IMG/VR virus record: IMGVR_UViG_3300020573_000227 | Coordinates: 1 to 64,000 of that record | Source of the DNA: a virus | Length of the DNA: 64,000 bases | Strand: one strand, 5' to 3' | Shown: piece after piece, positions 10,024-20,661 of the stretch | Layout: each line of letters opens with the position of its first letter | Numbering within the stretch: position 1 is the first letter of the stretch | Notes under the pieces: generated by a model | Databases searched by the model: none | What the model was told of the DNA's origin: nothing | What the model saw: the letters and a program-made list of their open reading frames with translations, nothing else | Made by a program: the position numbers and the translations under genes

Positions 10024-11250
10024 ATGTCAAAAATTAAAATTTTAGCAATTCCATCGGATAAACATGGTGTGGGTAAATTCAGAATAATGGACCCATATAC
10101 TTTTATTGGTGAAAAACATTCAGATGATGTTCACGTGGACATTACATTTAACGCAGAAGATAACGACGAATACTTTTTAAATTACGATATTGTAGTTTTT
10201 CACTCCTTTATTCATCAAACAACTCACGATTCTAATGTTAACAGAATAAAATGGTTAAAATCAAAGGGTATCAAGGTTATCATGGATATTGATGATTTAT
10301 GGTTTGTTGACCAACGTCACCCAATGTATCATCAAATTAAAGCATCAAGAATTGGTGAAATGAAAATCGAAATGATGAGGTTAGTTGATGCGATAACAAC
10401 CACAACATCCATTTTTGCAAAAACAATTATGGATAGATTAGGTGTGAAAAACGTTCAAATTTTCCCAAATGCGGTTAATGAGGATGAGTCACAATTCCAA
10501 GTGAATACAACTAAATCAGATAAAGTCAGATTTGGTTGGTTAGGCGGGTCATCACATTTACACGATTTAGAACTGATGTCAAACGGTATTTCATCAACAC
10601 ATTATTCATTTAAAGATAAGGCTCAATTTGTATTATGTGGTTTTGATTTAAGAGGTACGGTTACTGAAATGGCACCTAATGGTGAAAAGAGACAAAGACC
10701 TATTCAACCTTTAGAAACTGTTTGGTATAAATACGAAAAATTCTTTACAGACAATTATAAAGTTCTGAGTGAAGAATATAAAAATTATTTACATAACTTT
10801 ACAGAGACACCTCCATTCAACGATGAAAATGAACCATACAGAAGAAGATGGACTAAAGAAATTAATAGTTACGCGACTAACTATAACACTTTTGATGTTT
10901 CATTGGCGCCATTAGTTGATTCTCTTTTTAATGGTAACAAATCCCAATTAAAAGTTATTGAGGCTGGTTTCCATAAAAAGGCGATTATTGCAAGTGATGT
11001 TGACCCATATACTATAGATTTAATATCCGCGGTGGATAACGGAGTTTTAAATAATAAAGGAAACGCCCTATTAGTTAACCCTAAGAGAAATCATAAAGAT
11101 TGGGCAAAACACATGAAACGTTTAATTGAAAATCCTAATATGATTGAAGATTTAGGTAATAGATTATACGAGACAGTAAAAGACAAATATTCATTAAAAA
11201 ATGTTTGTAATGACAGAGTACAATTTTTCAAAACAATTATAAATAAATAA
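10024..11250 (+). CDS. Glycosyltransferase, GT-B fold (GT4-like)
   Basis: DIDDLW; FGWLGGSSH; DVSLAPL...FNGNKSQLKVIEAG...IIASDV. Confidence 0.8.
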   Translation: MSKIKILAIPSDKHGVGKFRIMDPYTFIGEKHSDDVHVDITFNAEDNDEYFLNYDIVVFHSFIHQTTHDSNVNRIKWLKSKGIKVIMDIDDLWFVDQRHPMYHQIKASRIGEMKIEMMRLVDAITTTTSIFAKTIMDRLGVKNVQIFPNAVNEDESQFQVNTTKSDKVRFGWLGGSSHLHDLELMSNGISSTHYSFKDKAQFVLCGFDLRGTVTEMAPNGEKRQRPIQPLETVWYKYEKFFTDNYKVLSEEYKNYLHNFTETPPFNDENEPYRRRWTKEINSYATNYNTFDVSLAPLVDSLFNGNKSQLKVIEAGFHKKAIIASDVDPYTIDLISAVDNGVLNNKGNALLVNPKRNHKDWAKHMKRLIENPNMIEDLGNRLYETVKDKYSLKNVCNDRVQFFKTIINK

Positions 11251-11260
11251 ATCAAAAAAC

Positions 11261-11494
11261 ATGCACTACTTAGTAACAATCGGTTATGAAACCGAACAAA
11301 TGGACAGAGAGGGTAACCCTCGTATTAAAAAATTTAAATACATTATCGAAGCGGAATCTGTGGAAGAAGCAACATTAGTTGCATCAAAATACAGAGCAGG
11401 TGACGTTCGTTCAAGTGAGAGTATTTCGGTTGCAAAAATGGCAATTGAATGTATCATTGATATGAAAAACACACCAGAATACTACAAAAAATAG
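11261..11494 (+). CDS. Small hypothetical protein (possibly DUF4494-like)
   Basis: 77 aa; KYIIEAESVEEA pattern. Confidence 0.4.
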   Translation: MHYLVTIGYETEQMDREGNPRIKKFKYIIEAESVEEATLVASKYRAGDVRSSESISVAKMAIECIIDMKNTPEYYKK

Positions 11495-11519
11495 TAACAA
11501 ATATAACACCAACTGAATT

Positions 11520-11750
11520 ATGGATTTCTACGGTAGAGATATACAGATAATGCGTCAATCGCAAAGTAAAATGGCTTTAGAATACCTTAATACAGTTGGT
11601 GTTCAAGTTACTTTTGAGGAATTACAACGTGTAACAGATATTTTTGTTGAGTGTTGTTTAAGACCGCAAGATAACGACTTAAAGGAGAGAGTTAAGAAGT
11701 TAGATAAATGGATTTTAGAAAAAAAAGTAAAACAGAATGACGGAGAATGA
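11520..11750 (+). CDS. Hypothetical protein
   Basis: 76 aa ORF within an operon. Confidence 0.5.
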   Translation: MDFYGRDIQIMRQSQSKMALEYLNTVGVQVTFEELQRVTDIFVECCLRPQDNDLKERVKKLDKWILEKKVKQNDGE

Positions 11751-12372
11751 TATCAAAGATTATCTTGAAAAGTTAAAACAAATTGAACAACAATTAAATT
11801 CAGATGATGATATTCAAGATTTTGATTTTTTAAAAGACGTTGATAAAGTGTTGGGTAGTTTGAACTCAGATTTAGCACAACAAATGAGTCAACCGTTAAA
11901 TAATACTGTTCCATTAAATGGGGATACAGGAATTGTTACACAAGGTGTTATGGTCAAAGTTAAAAAATTAGACCCTAATGCAGTGATACCATCATACTCA
12001 AAAGTTGGTGACGCTGGTATGGATTTAACCATTACAAGAGAAATTGAAAACACCTCGTTTAGTGTATCGTATGGTTTCGGTATTGCGATGGAAATACCTA
12101 AAGGGTTTGTTGGTTTAGTGTTTCCACGATCATCTGTACGTAATCAAGATTTAATTCTATCTAATTGTGTTGGGGTAATAGATAGTGGGTATAGAGGTGA
12201 ATTACAAGCCACATTTAAAAAAACCAATGGATTAGATTCACTAAAATATAAAGTAGGTGAAAGAGGTGCCCAAATTATAATATTACCATATCCGCAAGTA
12301 TTTATGACTGAAGTACCTGAATTATCCAATTCTGAAAGAGGAGAAGGTGGGTTTGGTAGTACCGGAAAGTGA
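11737..12372 (+). CDS. dut: Trimeric dUTPase with ~70-aa N-terminal extension
   Basis: AGMDL, PRSS, GVIDSGYRGE, AQIII, RGEGGFGSTG motifs. Confidence 0.95.
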   Translation: MTENDIKDYLEKLKQIEQQLNSDDDIQDFDFLKDVDKVLGSLNSDLAQQMSQPLNNTVPLNGDTGIVTQGVMVKVKKLDPNAVIPSYSKVGDAGMDLTITREIENTSFSVSYGFGIAMEIPKGFVGLVFPRSSVRNQDLILSNCVGVIDSGYRGELQATFKKTNGLDSLKYKVGERGAQIIILPYPQVFMTEVPELSNSERGEGGFGSTGK

Positions 12373-12412
12373 TATATTTATAATAAATAATTTGAATTTA
12401 AATTAAAAAATT

Positions 12413-13150
12413 TTGGCATTAAAACCTAGAGTCGGAAAAAGTAACCAACAAACCGCCACCTTAACCTTAGACGAAAAAAAAGTTTCACACAAAGAAAAAA
12501 TTCGTCAAATAATAAAAAAACCAAAAGAAAAGTTCCTTACAAAGAATCAAGAAACCTATTGGAATATTCTTGGTGAAAATCAAATAACATTATGTTTCGG
12601 TCCCGCGGGTGTAGGTAAGTCCTATATAGCAATGAAACGTGCTGTAGACCTATTACACGACGATTCTAACAAGTATGAAAAGATTATTATAGTTAGACCC
12701 GCAGTTGAGGCTGAGGAGAAATTAGGATCACTTCCAGGGGGCTTAGAAGAGAAATTAGACCCATACATTTATCCATCATATTATCTATTAAATAAAATTA
12801 TTGGTAAAGAGGCTCGTGAAACTTTAAAAGACATGGGATATATTGAAGTTGCCGCACTTGCTTACATGAGAGGATGGAACGTAGACAATACAATATTAGT
12901 ATTTGAAGAGGCACAAAATGCTACACCATCCCAAATTAAATTATTACTAACTCGTATTGGATACAATTCAAAATTCTTTATTTCAGGTGACTTAGAACAA
13001 TCAGATAAATTCAGAGATAAAACAAAATCGGGATTATACGATGCGAAGAAAAGATTGAGTGACGTAAAAGGTATTGGTATATTTGAATTTGGAAATGAAG
13101 ATATCGTAAGAAACCCAATTATTGGGGAAATTTTAAATAGATACGATTAA
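12413..13150 (+). CDS. phoH: PhoH-family ATPase
   Basis: GPAGVGKS, RPAVE...LGSLPG, YMRG, EEAQN, LTRIG, GDLEQSD, DIVRNP. Confidence 0.95.
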   Translation: MALKPRVGKSNQQTATLTLDEKKVSHKEKIRQIIKKPKEKFLTKNQETYWNILGENQITLCFGPAGVGKSYIAMKRAVDLLHDDSNKYEKIIIVRPAVEAEEKLGSLPGGLEEKLDPYIYPSYYLLNKIIGKEARETLKDMGYIEVAALAYMRGWNVDNTILVFEEAQNATPSQIKLLLTRIGYNSKFFISGDLEQSDKFRDKTKSGLYDAKKRLSDVKGIGIFEFGNEDIVRNPIIGEILNRYD

Positions 13151-13245
13151 CAATAAATTAAATATTACTTAATAAACCCACATCGTTTATCATAATGGTG
13201 TGGGTTTATTGTTTACTTATAAGTCTATATATGTTATATTACCGT

Positions 13246-13896
13246 ATGGAAATATTCATTAGTATAGACGGTGTTTTACGAAACACAATTCAAAAATTTG
13301 ACTATCACTATAACGACGCATATCTAAGTGGTGATTTACCTGAGGATAACAAATTTGAATATGGTATAACAGAACCAATTCAAAATGATAATTTATTAAA
13401 TTCATATAAATTCCAATCTAAAGAGGAGTTTGAATTTTTTTTATTTATCGAATACCCAATAGAAATTTTTGGTCACGCGGGGTTAAGTTATTCAACAACG
13501 TTTACTGATTTACATAAAATTATTTATGAAAATCAAGAACATAATTTTACGTTAGTTGGTCTTGACGAATTAGGTAAATCAAAACCAGCAACATTATTCT
13601 TTTTATCTAAAAATGGTTACTTAGGTAATAACATTAAATTTATAAAAAGTGAAAACATTTCCGACACGTGGAAAAATTGTGATGTGTGGATTACAGACAA
13701 TAAAAAAATTGTCGATTCGTGTCCGGAAGACAAAAGTGTTATCAAATTCAATAACACTTATAATCAATACTTTACTTATCATAAAGAAATAACTAAATTA
13801 ACTGAAATACAAGAACCATGGTTGAAATTTTTGGAAAATCCTACTACATTGACCTTGACGGAATCACAGAAAAATGTAGAACCGGAAGTCAAATAA
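13246..13896 (+). CDS. HAD-superfamily 5'(3')-deoxynucleotidase-like protein (motif I variant)
   Basis: Likely start ATG 13246: MEIFISIDGVLRN; later WKNCDVWITD...YN. Confidence 0.55.
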   Translation: MEIFISIDGVLRNTIQKFDYHYNDAYLSGDLPEDNKFEYGITEPIQNDNLLNSYKFQSKEEFEFFLFIEYPIEIFGHAGLSYSTTFTDLHKIIYENQEHNFTLVGLDELGKSKPATLFFLSKNGYLGNNIKFIKSENISDTWKNCDVWITDNKKIVDSCPEDKSVIKFNNTYNQYFTYHKEITKLTEIQEPWLKFLENPTTLTLTESQKNVEPEVK

Positions 13897-14099
13897 GTGA
13901 AGAAGACGGTAGTGAAGTCACCGAAGTAAACATCTTCAAATACGAAGTAATAAAAATGTGTTTAGATAGAGTTTTATCGGAGTATGAAGAAGTAGATGAG
14001 GGATTAGGTCCATTCGCACAAAACAATACTACGACATCATTTAAAATAGCTTTTAACACTTTAATAAAAAATCAAATATTAATAGAAGACAATGAGTAA
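13818..14099 (+). CDS. Hypothetical protein
   Basis: 93 aa ORF overlapping both neighbours. Confidence 0.55.
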   Translation: MVEIFGKSYYIDLDGITEKCRTGSQISEEDGSEVTEVNIFKYEVIKMCLDRVLSEYEEVDEGLGPFAQNNTTTSFKIAFNTLIKNQILIEDNE

Positions 14100-15156
14100 A
14101 GAGAACATTGAAAAATTAGAAAGTGCACTAACAAGATTAGACACAAATGAAAGTGTTGTTTATTTTTTAACATATGACACTAAAAACAATCCAAGAGCAT
14201 CAGTAAAACACATTTACGACCTTGCACTTGTTTTAAAAAATAACGGTATAACTTCTAAAATTCTTGTGGAAGACAACACATACGGTGGTGTGTCTGCTTG
14301 GTTAGATGAAAAATACACAAACATTCCTGTGGTATCGATTAAAGACGATAAACCAGAATTAAAAATCGACGACATTTTAGTTGTACCTGAATATTATTCA
14401 AATGCCCTACAACAATTGGCAAATGTAAGATGTGTTAAAATCATGTTATTACAACAAAAAGATTACATGTTTGAAACATTACCAATCGGAAGTAGATGGA
14501 GTGATTATGGATTCGATAAGGTAATCACAACAACAGAGACCGCTAAGAAATATATTCAAGAGTATTTCCCTGAAAATTTAGTTCACATTATTCCACCGAT
14601 TATTGGTGATAATTTTAGTCCGTCAGAATCCCTACTAAAACCGTTCATTGCGATTAGTTGTAGAGATAGGATAAAAAACAGAAAAGTTATTTCAGAATTT
14701 TATTTAAAATACCCACATCTTAGATGGATTACATTTAAAGACATGGTACAATTAAGTTATACTGAATTTTCAGACGCACTTAAAGAGTGTGTGGTTTCTG
14801 TTTGGATTGATGATGAATCAACATTCGGAACTTTCCCATTAGAATCTATGAAATGTGGTGTACCCGTTGTTGGTAAAATCCCATCAACTGAACCAGATTG
14901 GTTAGATGAAAATGGTATGTGGACGTACGATGAAAATAAAATTGTAGAGATTTTAGGAACATATGTTTTAGCTTGGTTGGATGGTGTTGAATTAACCCAA
15001 GAGGTAAAAGATAAAATGAGAGAAACTTTATTACCATATTCATCATCAATTACTGAAAATAATATTTTATCTGTATTTGATTCTTTTAAAAATAAAAGAA
15101 TTGAATCAATAAAAAATGCTGTAGAAAAATTAAAACAAGAAGAAAATGAGCAATAA
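14092..15156 (+). CDS. Glycosyltransferase, GT-B fold
   Basis: ESTFGTFPLESMKCGVPVVG (GT4-like nucleotide-sugar motif). Confidence 0.75.
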   Translation: MSKENIEKLESALTRLDTNESVVYFLTYDTKNNPRASVKHIYDLALVLKNNGITSKILVEDNTYGGVSAWLDEKYTNIPVVSIKDDKPELKIDDILVVPEYYSNALQQLANVRCVKIMLLQQKDYMFETLPIGSRWSDYGFDKVITTTETAKKYIQEYFPENLVHIIPPIIGDNFSPSESLLKPFIAISCRDRIKNRKVISEFYLKYPHLRWITFKDMVQLSYTEFSDALKECVVSVWIDDESTFGTFPLESMKCGVPVVGKIPSTEPDWLDENGMWTYDENKIVEILGTYVLAWLDGVELTQEVKDKMRETLLPYSSSITENNILSVFDSFKNKRIESIKNAVEKLKQEENEQ

Positions 15157-15940
15157 AAATATTACTATTATATTACCAGTTCACACCGTAGAGGGTGATT
15201 ATAAAGAAATGCTAAAAATGGCATTAGAATCTGTTGACAACTTTCATAATGATGTTAAAGTTAAAATTGTTTGTCCGACAGATGTAAAAAATAAACTTAA
15301 TGATTTTGAATTTGGTCAAAAATTAGAAGTCGAGGTTGTTTCTAACACATCGAAAGATACTGATTTTTGTAGTCAAGTAAATCTTGGTATATCCGTATGT
15401 GATACTGAATGGTTTAGTATTTTAGAAATAGATGACCAATACAGACCAATATGGTTAAGTTTGGTTAATGAATATGTAAAACATAACCCTGACGTTGATG
15501 TATTCTTACCGGTTGTGAGAGACATTAACACTGAAGGTAAGTTTATCAGTTTTACAAATGAATCCACTTGGGCATATGGGTTTTCAGAAAAACAAGGATT
15601 TTTAGATAACGAAGTATTATTAGATTTTCAAAATTACCAAACAAGTGGTGGTTTATTCAGAACAAACGTAATTAAAGAGAACGGTAATTTTAAAGAAAAT
15701 ATTAAACTAACCTTCCTATATGAATTCTTATTACGTTTAACTCATAACGGAGTAAAGATATTAACATTACCAAGAATCGGTTACCAACACGTAAACTTCA
15801 GAGAAGACTCTCTATTTTGGAAATACAAAAATAATGAGGAAACTAAGTTAAGTGATGACGAAGTAAAATTTTGGTTGGAAACCGCTAAGAAAGAATTTTT
15901 CTTTAAAAATAAACGCGATGTAAATTACACAACTAATTAA
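15146..15940 (+). CDS. Glycosyltransferase family 2 (GT-A)
   Basis: ITIILPVH...ALESV...VNLGI...WFSILEIDD. Confidence 0.75.
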   Translation: MSNKNITIILPVHTVEGDYKEMLKMALESVDNFHNDVKVKIVCPTDVKNKLNDFEFGQKLEVEVVSNTSKDTDFCSQVNLGISVCDTEWFSILEIDDQYRPIWLSLVNEYVKHNPDVDVFLPVVRDINTEGKFISFTNESTWAYGFSEKQGFLDNEVLLDFQNYQTSGGLFRTNVIKENGNFKENIKLTFLYEFLLRLTHNGVKILTLPRIGYQHVNFREDSLFWKYKNNEETKLSDDEVKFWLETAKKEFFFKNKRDVNYTTN

Positions 15941-16638
15941 TGCCAAGACCAAGAACCCAAAAAATTTATTTTGGTGAGGATCAAGAAAAGGCGGTAGTCA
16001 TGTATCTAGAAAGTACTGATGAAGCAGAAAGAAATAAGATATTCAACGAATATTTGAGAGAACCCCTTATCATAATGGTCGAAAGTATTATTCGACGTTA
16101 TAAACTTTACAGAAAAGACATGGAATTTGAAGAAATTCATACAGACACCATGTCCTTTCTTATTACTAAAATTAATAAATTTGATCATACTAAGAATACT
16201 AAGGCATATTCATATTTTGGTACCATCTGTAAAAACTACCTTATGGGGGCAATACAGAAAGATACTAAGGAACAGAATAGACAAGTATCATATGATGACA
16301 TATCCTCCGACATGGAAGATAGTCCAACCTTATCTTATGTAATTGATGAGTACGTAATTGATTTTAGAGATGTCATTATAAAACTAACTATTTCATTAGA
16401 AGAATTCATGGAAAATGAAAATCTAAATGAAAATGAACAAAAATTAGGATACGCATTACTCGAAATATTCGGTAATTTCGATAAGATTTTTCAAGTGGGT
16501 GACGGAAACAAATTTAACAAAAATCTAATTCTGTTGTCCTTAAGAGAAATGACTTCTTTATCAACCAAAGAAATTAGAATATCAATGAAACGATTCAAAA
16601 AGTTATACGATGGTATTTTAGGTGGATTTTTAGAATAA
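15940..16638 (+). CDS. Phage RNA polymerase sigma factor (gp55-like, probable late sigma)
   Basis: Region-2-like KINKFDHTKNTKAYSYFGTICKNYL. Confidence 0.65.
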   Translation: MPRPRTQKIYFGEDQEKAVVMYLESTDEAERNKIFNEYLREPLIIMVESIIRRYKLYRKDMEFEEIHTDTMSFLITKINKFDHTKNTKAYSYFGTICKNYLMGAIQKDTKEQNRQVSYDDISSDMEDSPTLSYVIDEYVIDFRDVIIKLTISLEEFMENENLNENEQKLGYALLEIFGNFDKIFQVGDGNKFNKNLILLSLREMTSLSTKEIRISMKRFKKLYDGILGGFLE

Positions 16639-16652
16639 ATCTATTTATTGAT

Positions 16653-17024
16653 ATGAGAACACAGAAAAATAACATTACATTAGACGTAGATTCCGCCTTA
16701 GCACTAATGCAGGAAATTTATAATGATGTTGTTGAAAATAGAAACACCGCGTCCACCATTTTGAGAAAAATGATGAGTTTTATGAAAGACGCTGAGGACA
16801 TGAGTACAATAGGTCCCGTTATTAAAGAACAACAAAAGATTTTAAATGATTGTACAGAGAAGAAAATTTCATTAGTTAAGTTACAAGGTGTTTTACTTAA
16901 ACAAACGACAGGAGGTGGTGGTAAGAGCGGTCCGTTGGGTACGTTATCTGAAGAAGATAGAGAAATATTAGAGAAATTAATGAACTCGGATGATGATAAC
17001 AAAACTACTAACTATAAACTATAA
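16653..17024 (+). CDS. Hypothetical coiled-coil protein
   Basis: 123 aa; upstream TATTTAT at 16642-16648. Confidence 0.55.
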   Translation: MRTQKNNITLDVDSALALMQEIYNDVVENRNTASTILRKMMSFMKDAEDMSTIGPVIKEQQKILNDCTEKKISLVKLQGVLLKQTTGGGGKSGPLGTLSEEDREILEKLMNSDDDNKTTNYKL

Positions 17025-18919
17025 TGAGTAAGTTAAAGACCACCAAAAATAAAATTAAGTCAAAATTAGAGGTCATTAAAAAATTTAATGATGAGGCAAA
17101 ACCATTTGATGAGAATAGTTTTGATTTGTTATTAAAGGACTTACCGTCGTCCGATTTTATTGGTAAAAAGGTTGGTGATTTAACAAATAGTTTAAAGAAA
17201 AAAAAGGAAGAGTCGGGTAACATTTTTGGTGATTTAGTCGGGATTGTTGATTCTTTTTTGGCGTCAGGTCAAAAGGTTAAATCACAAAATCCTTTAGAAA
17301 CAAAATCAAGAATTAAACAACATGCGAACGATTCAATTGATGTGACATTACAATCATCAAAACAAATTGTTCTCGATAATGTAAAAAAAATATTATTTGC
17401 TGGTGACGGTATTTGTGGAACTAATAAAAATTTTACCGGGACTCAGTTTGATACTGTTAGATTAAAACCAAAAGAATTTGATTTTTTAAATGTACTAACG
17501 GTTGACCCCAACAGCAATGTTGGTAAAATAGTATACGAACCATCAAATACAGTTACGAGTAAAGAAAAAACAAATAGAGAACTTTATACTACATTTTCAG
17601 GAACACAATATAGGTTTGATACTTCAAGTAATAAAACACTATTTGATATGAATTGGAGTAGTGGTGACCAAGAATTTATTCTTTCGGGATTAACTCAGGG
17701 AACCAGTTCTGTTCCAGTTGAAGACTTTTTAAATGACTATTATTCATCAATAGAACTTCCCGATATTTCTGGTATTACAAAAATGGCCATGTTAATGACC
17801 ATTCAAGGAGACTCAAGTGAAACCCCTTTATTTACGGGGGCATTTAATGATTTGAATAGATTAATTACTAAACTATGTTCTGTTTGTGGTAATCCTAAAA
17901 AAACGAATACGTTGTCTAATCAAAACGCAATTGATTTATTTAACGAAAATGATGAAGACCTTGAATTGTATTTTAATTTTGACGATGTGGAAGGTATTGA
18001 CTTAGATGATGAAAATGCTAGATATCGAAAAGTATTACGTTTTCAAGATTGTAATAATTTTGAGGTTCCTGTCAATACTGACTTATTTGAAGACTTTGTT
18101 TATTTATCAGGTAAAAAAAATTTAAATGATTTAGTTAATAGTACTTTAAATAAAGTTGCCTCAGATTCATTTGAACAATCGGACGGATCTTCAATTACTT
18201 TAGGTGATTTCCAAGTATCGATAAACAATCTTTTTATTTTAAATTTACCTAAAGCACTTATAATGAGTGTAATATCGCCAAAAATATTTTTACCAATTGT
18301 TGTTGTATATAAGTTATTTAAATCGGTAATTACATCCACCGCAAATCAGCTTGTGGAAACCGCTAAAGAGTTTATGAAAAAGTTTCATAAATTATTTAGT
18401 GCAATTATTAAAGATTTGTTTTGGAAATTTATCAGTGAATTTTGGAAAAGAGTAAAAGTAGATTTACTAAACTTCGTTTTGAAATTGGCACAAAAAATCT
18501 TAAAAAATAAATTAAAGAGATACTACGGAGTTATCGCAATATTAATCGCATTATTAACTAAAATATTAGAACAAGGTTTTGATAATTGTTATGATTTATT
18601 CAATGCCGTCATATCAACATTGACCACCGCAATTAATACATCTATACCATTAAAAATACCACCAGTTTTATTGTTAATTACACCGTTCTTACCCGGATAT
18701 AGTCCTGAAAGGGCATACATGGCAGCAATTGAGGGAATGTCCGCAGCTGGAATACCTACCGGACCAATAAACGGAGAACCAAATGATTTCATTGAAGCAC
18801 ATAAGAAAGTTATTTTTGCGGTAAACGAAGAAGAAAATAATTTTGGTGCATTCGATGCGGTTACAATCCCAACACCCGCCGGTTTTATGGAAACATTTAT
18901 TAAAAGAAGAGTTGGATAA
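17024..18919 (+). CDS. Large hypothetical protein, probably virion-associated
   Basis: 631 aa with hydrophobic C-terminal helices, upstream of the baseplate-like gene. Confidence 0.5.
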   Translation: MSKLKTTKNKIKSKLEVIKKFNDEAKPFDENSFDLLLKDLPSSDFIGKKVGDLTNSLKKKKEESGNIFGDLVGIVDSFLASGQKVKSQNPLETKSRIKQHANDSIDVTLQSSKQIVLDNVKKILFAGDGICGTNKNFTGTQFDTVRLKPKEFDFLNVLTVDPNSNVGKIVYEPSNTVTSKEKTNRELYTTFSGTQYRFDTSSNKTLFDMNWSSGDQEFILSGLTQGTSSVPVEDFLNDYYSSIELPDISGITKMAMLMTIQGDSSETPLFTGAFNDLNRLITKLCSVCGNPKKTNTLSNQNAIDLFNENDEDLELYFNFDDVEGIDLDDENARYRKVLRFQDCNNFEVPVNTDLFEDFVYLSGKKNLNDLVNSTLNKVASDSFEQSDGSSITLGDFQVSINNLFILNLPKALIMSVISPKIFLPIVVVYKLFKSVITSTANQLVETAKEFMKKFHKLFSAIIKDLFWKFISEFWKRVKVDLLNFVLKLAQKILKNKLKRYYGVIAILIALLTKILEQGFDNCYDLFNAVISTLTTAINTSIPLKIPPVLLLITPFLPGYSPERAYMAAIEGMSAAGIPTGPINGEPNDFIEAHKKVIFAVNEEENNFGAFDAVTIPTPAGFMETFIKRRVG

Positions 18920-18920
18920 T

Positions 18921-19121
18921 ATGGATAAAGAAAAATTAATAGAAATTGCCACTGATGTAGAGAATAAATCAAACAAAGATTTATTCGTTTGTGTAAATGA
19001 ACTTTACGACGAACATCAAAAAACAAAAAACCTTATAATTGACTTAACGAGACATTTAGAGAGTGTTGAAAACCTTTATAATACCGTTAATAAAGAAGTT
19101 GAAAAAAGAATTAAGAAGTAA
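18921..19121 (+). CDS. Small coiled-coil hypothetical protein
   Basis: Likely start ATG 18921 (MDKEKLIE...), coupled to neighbours. Confidence 0.5.
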   Translation: MDKEKLIEIATDVENKSNKDLFVCVNELYDEHQKTKNLIIDLTRHLESVENLYNTVNKEVEKRIKK

Positions 19122-20638
19122 TGAAAATAATTGATATTGCAATATGTGTTGATAATATTGACCCAAAAGGTATGGGTAGAATTCGTTGCGTTAGATACAA
19201 CGATTATGTTGGAGAAAAAGAAAATTCAACAAAATACGAAAAATGGTCACAAAATGACCCATTTATTGCTTCTCCATTTTTACCAAATAATATTAATTTC
19301 GTACCTGAAAATGGTCAATCAGTCAAACTTTTAAATTACAATACCGATAATGAAAACATTAATTTAGAATACATTGCGGGTCCATTTACAACTCAGTATG
19401 ATTTCAACGGTCAAACGTTTTCACAACAAATTGAAAACACCACATATGGTGTGGCAACAAAACATAGGGGGGATGTAAAAAAATCTAGTGGTGAATTTAT
19501 TAAAAATAAATCTAACAATTCATTTGCTAAAGATAAAGATTTCGCAATTTACGGAAAATATGGTTCGGACATTTTATTTACAGAAAATGGAATACAATTA
19601 AGGGGAGGTAAACTTCTATCAAAAGAGGCGGCAAGTTATCTTAATAGAGAAACTATGCTAACTCATCCATTGATGGCTGACAAATCATCAAGACTTTACT
19701 TGAAAAAATTCCCTAAAAAAATGACATTAGGTAATAGAAAAGTAAAGAAAACAAATGTTGAGGTTAAGAGTATTAAAACCATCGTCGAGTATGATATTGA
19801 AGGTTCTCTTTCGAACGTAACAGGAGTCAATTTTAATGTTTATACTGTTAAAAGTGAGTATGGTGAAACATTCAAGTCCAACTTTTTTACTGAAAATACT
19901 TCATTACCGATGGCTTCGGTTAAATTAATTAATACGGACGACTCAAATTCTACTGTCACATATAGAGAAGATGTTTCTTCGGTAGAAGACGCATATAAAA
20001 CAATTAGGGACACAATTTTTACAATACACGATATTGGGTTAGGGGAGCTAAATACATTATATAATAATGAAGATGAAAGACATCCTATTTTTTTTAGACC
20101 TAAAATCGGTGGTGAGTTGTCAAGATTTGGAATTAGTCAAACTGAAGATAACAATAAAAAAACAATATTAAATAAAGTCAGTGTTAGTAGAATCGGACCA
20201 AAAAGTGGATTATTGTGGTCGGCAACAAAGACAAAACCTCCTGTAACATCTAAAGATTATGTTGAGGAATTTTTAAAGATAGATCAAAATACACCAGAAC
20301 AGACATTTGCCACTGTTACATCAGATAAAATTTATTTTTTATCCACAGATTTAGGTTCAAATGAAGGAGAAAGTCCAATTAATTTTAAATCGTTGGATAA
20401 GTACGATTTCACTCAAGAAGATTACATTAAAAATATTGACCCAAAAACATACTCAACTGTTAGAGGTGAAAATCTTTTAACATTACTTAGAAGTATGATT
20501 CAAGTAATTTTTACACACAGACATAACCCACTTAAACCAATTATTGGGCAAACTGAATACGCAGAAGGTGAGGAGTTGAAAAAACTTTACCAAACCGTGG
20601 AAAACGATATTTTAAATAAATCGATTAGAATCAACTAA
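19121..20638 (+). CDS. Baseplate hub/spike protein (gp5-like N-terminal OB fold)
   Basis: VDNIDPKGMGRIRC...FVPENGQSV; C-terminal VRGENL...HRH motif. Confidence 0.6.
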   Translation: MKIIDIAICVDNIDPKGMGRIRCVRYNDYVGEKENSTKYEKWSQNDPFIASPFLPNNINFVPENGQSVKLLNYNTDNENINLEYIAGPFTTQYDFNGQTFSQQIENTTYGVATKHRGDVKKSSGEFIKNKSNNSFAKDKDFAIYGKYGSDILFTENGIQLRGGKLLSKEAASYLNRETMLTHPLMADKSSRLYLKKFPKKMTLGNRKVKKTNVEVKSIKTIVEYDIEGSLSNVTGVNFNVYTVKSEYGETFKSNFFTENTSLPMASVKLINTDDSNSTVTYREDVSSVEDAYKTIRDTIFTIHDIGLGELNTLYNNEDERHPIFFRPKIGGELSRFGISQTEDNNKKTILNKVSVSRIGPKSGLLWSATKTKPPVTSKDYVEEFLKIDQNTPEQTFATVTSDKIYFLSTDLGSNEGESPINFKSLDKYDFTQEDYIKNIDPKTYSTVRGENLLTLLRSMIQVIFTHRHNPLKPIIGQTEYAEGEELKKLYQTVENDILNKSIRIN

Positions 20639-20661
20639 TTTGATATTTATTAATAAAAAAG

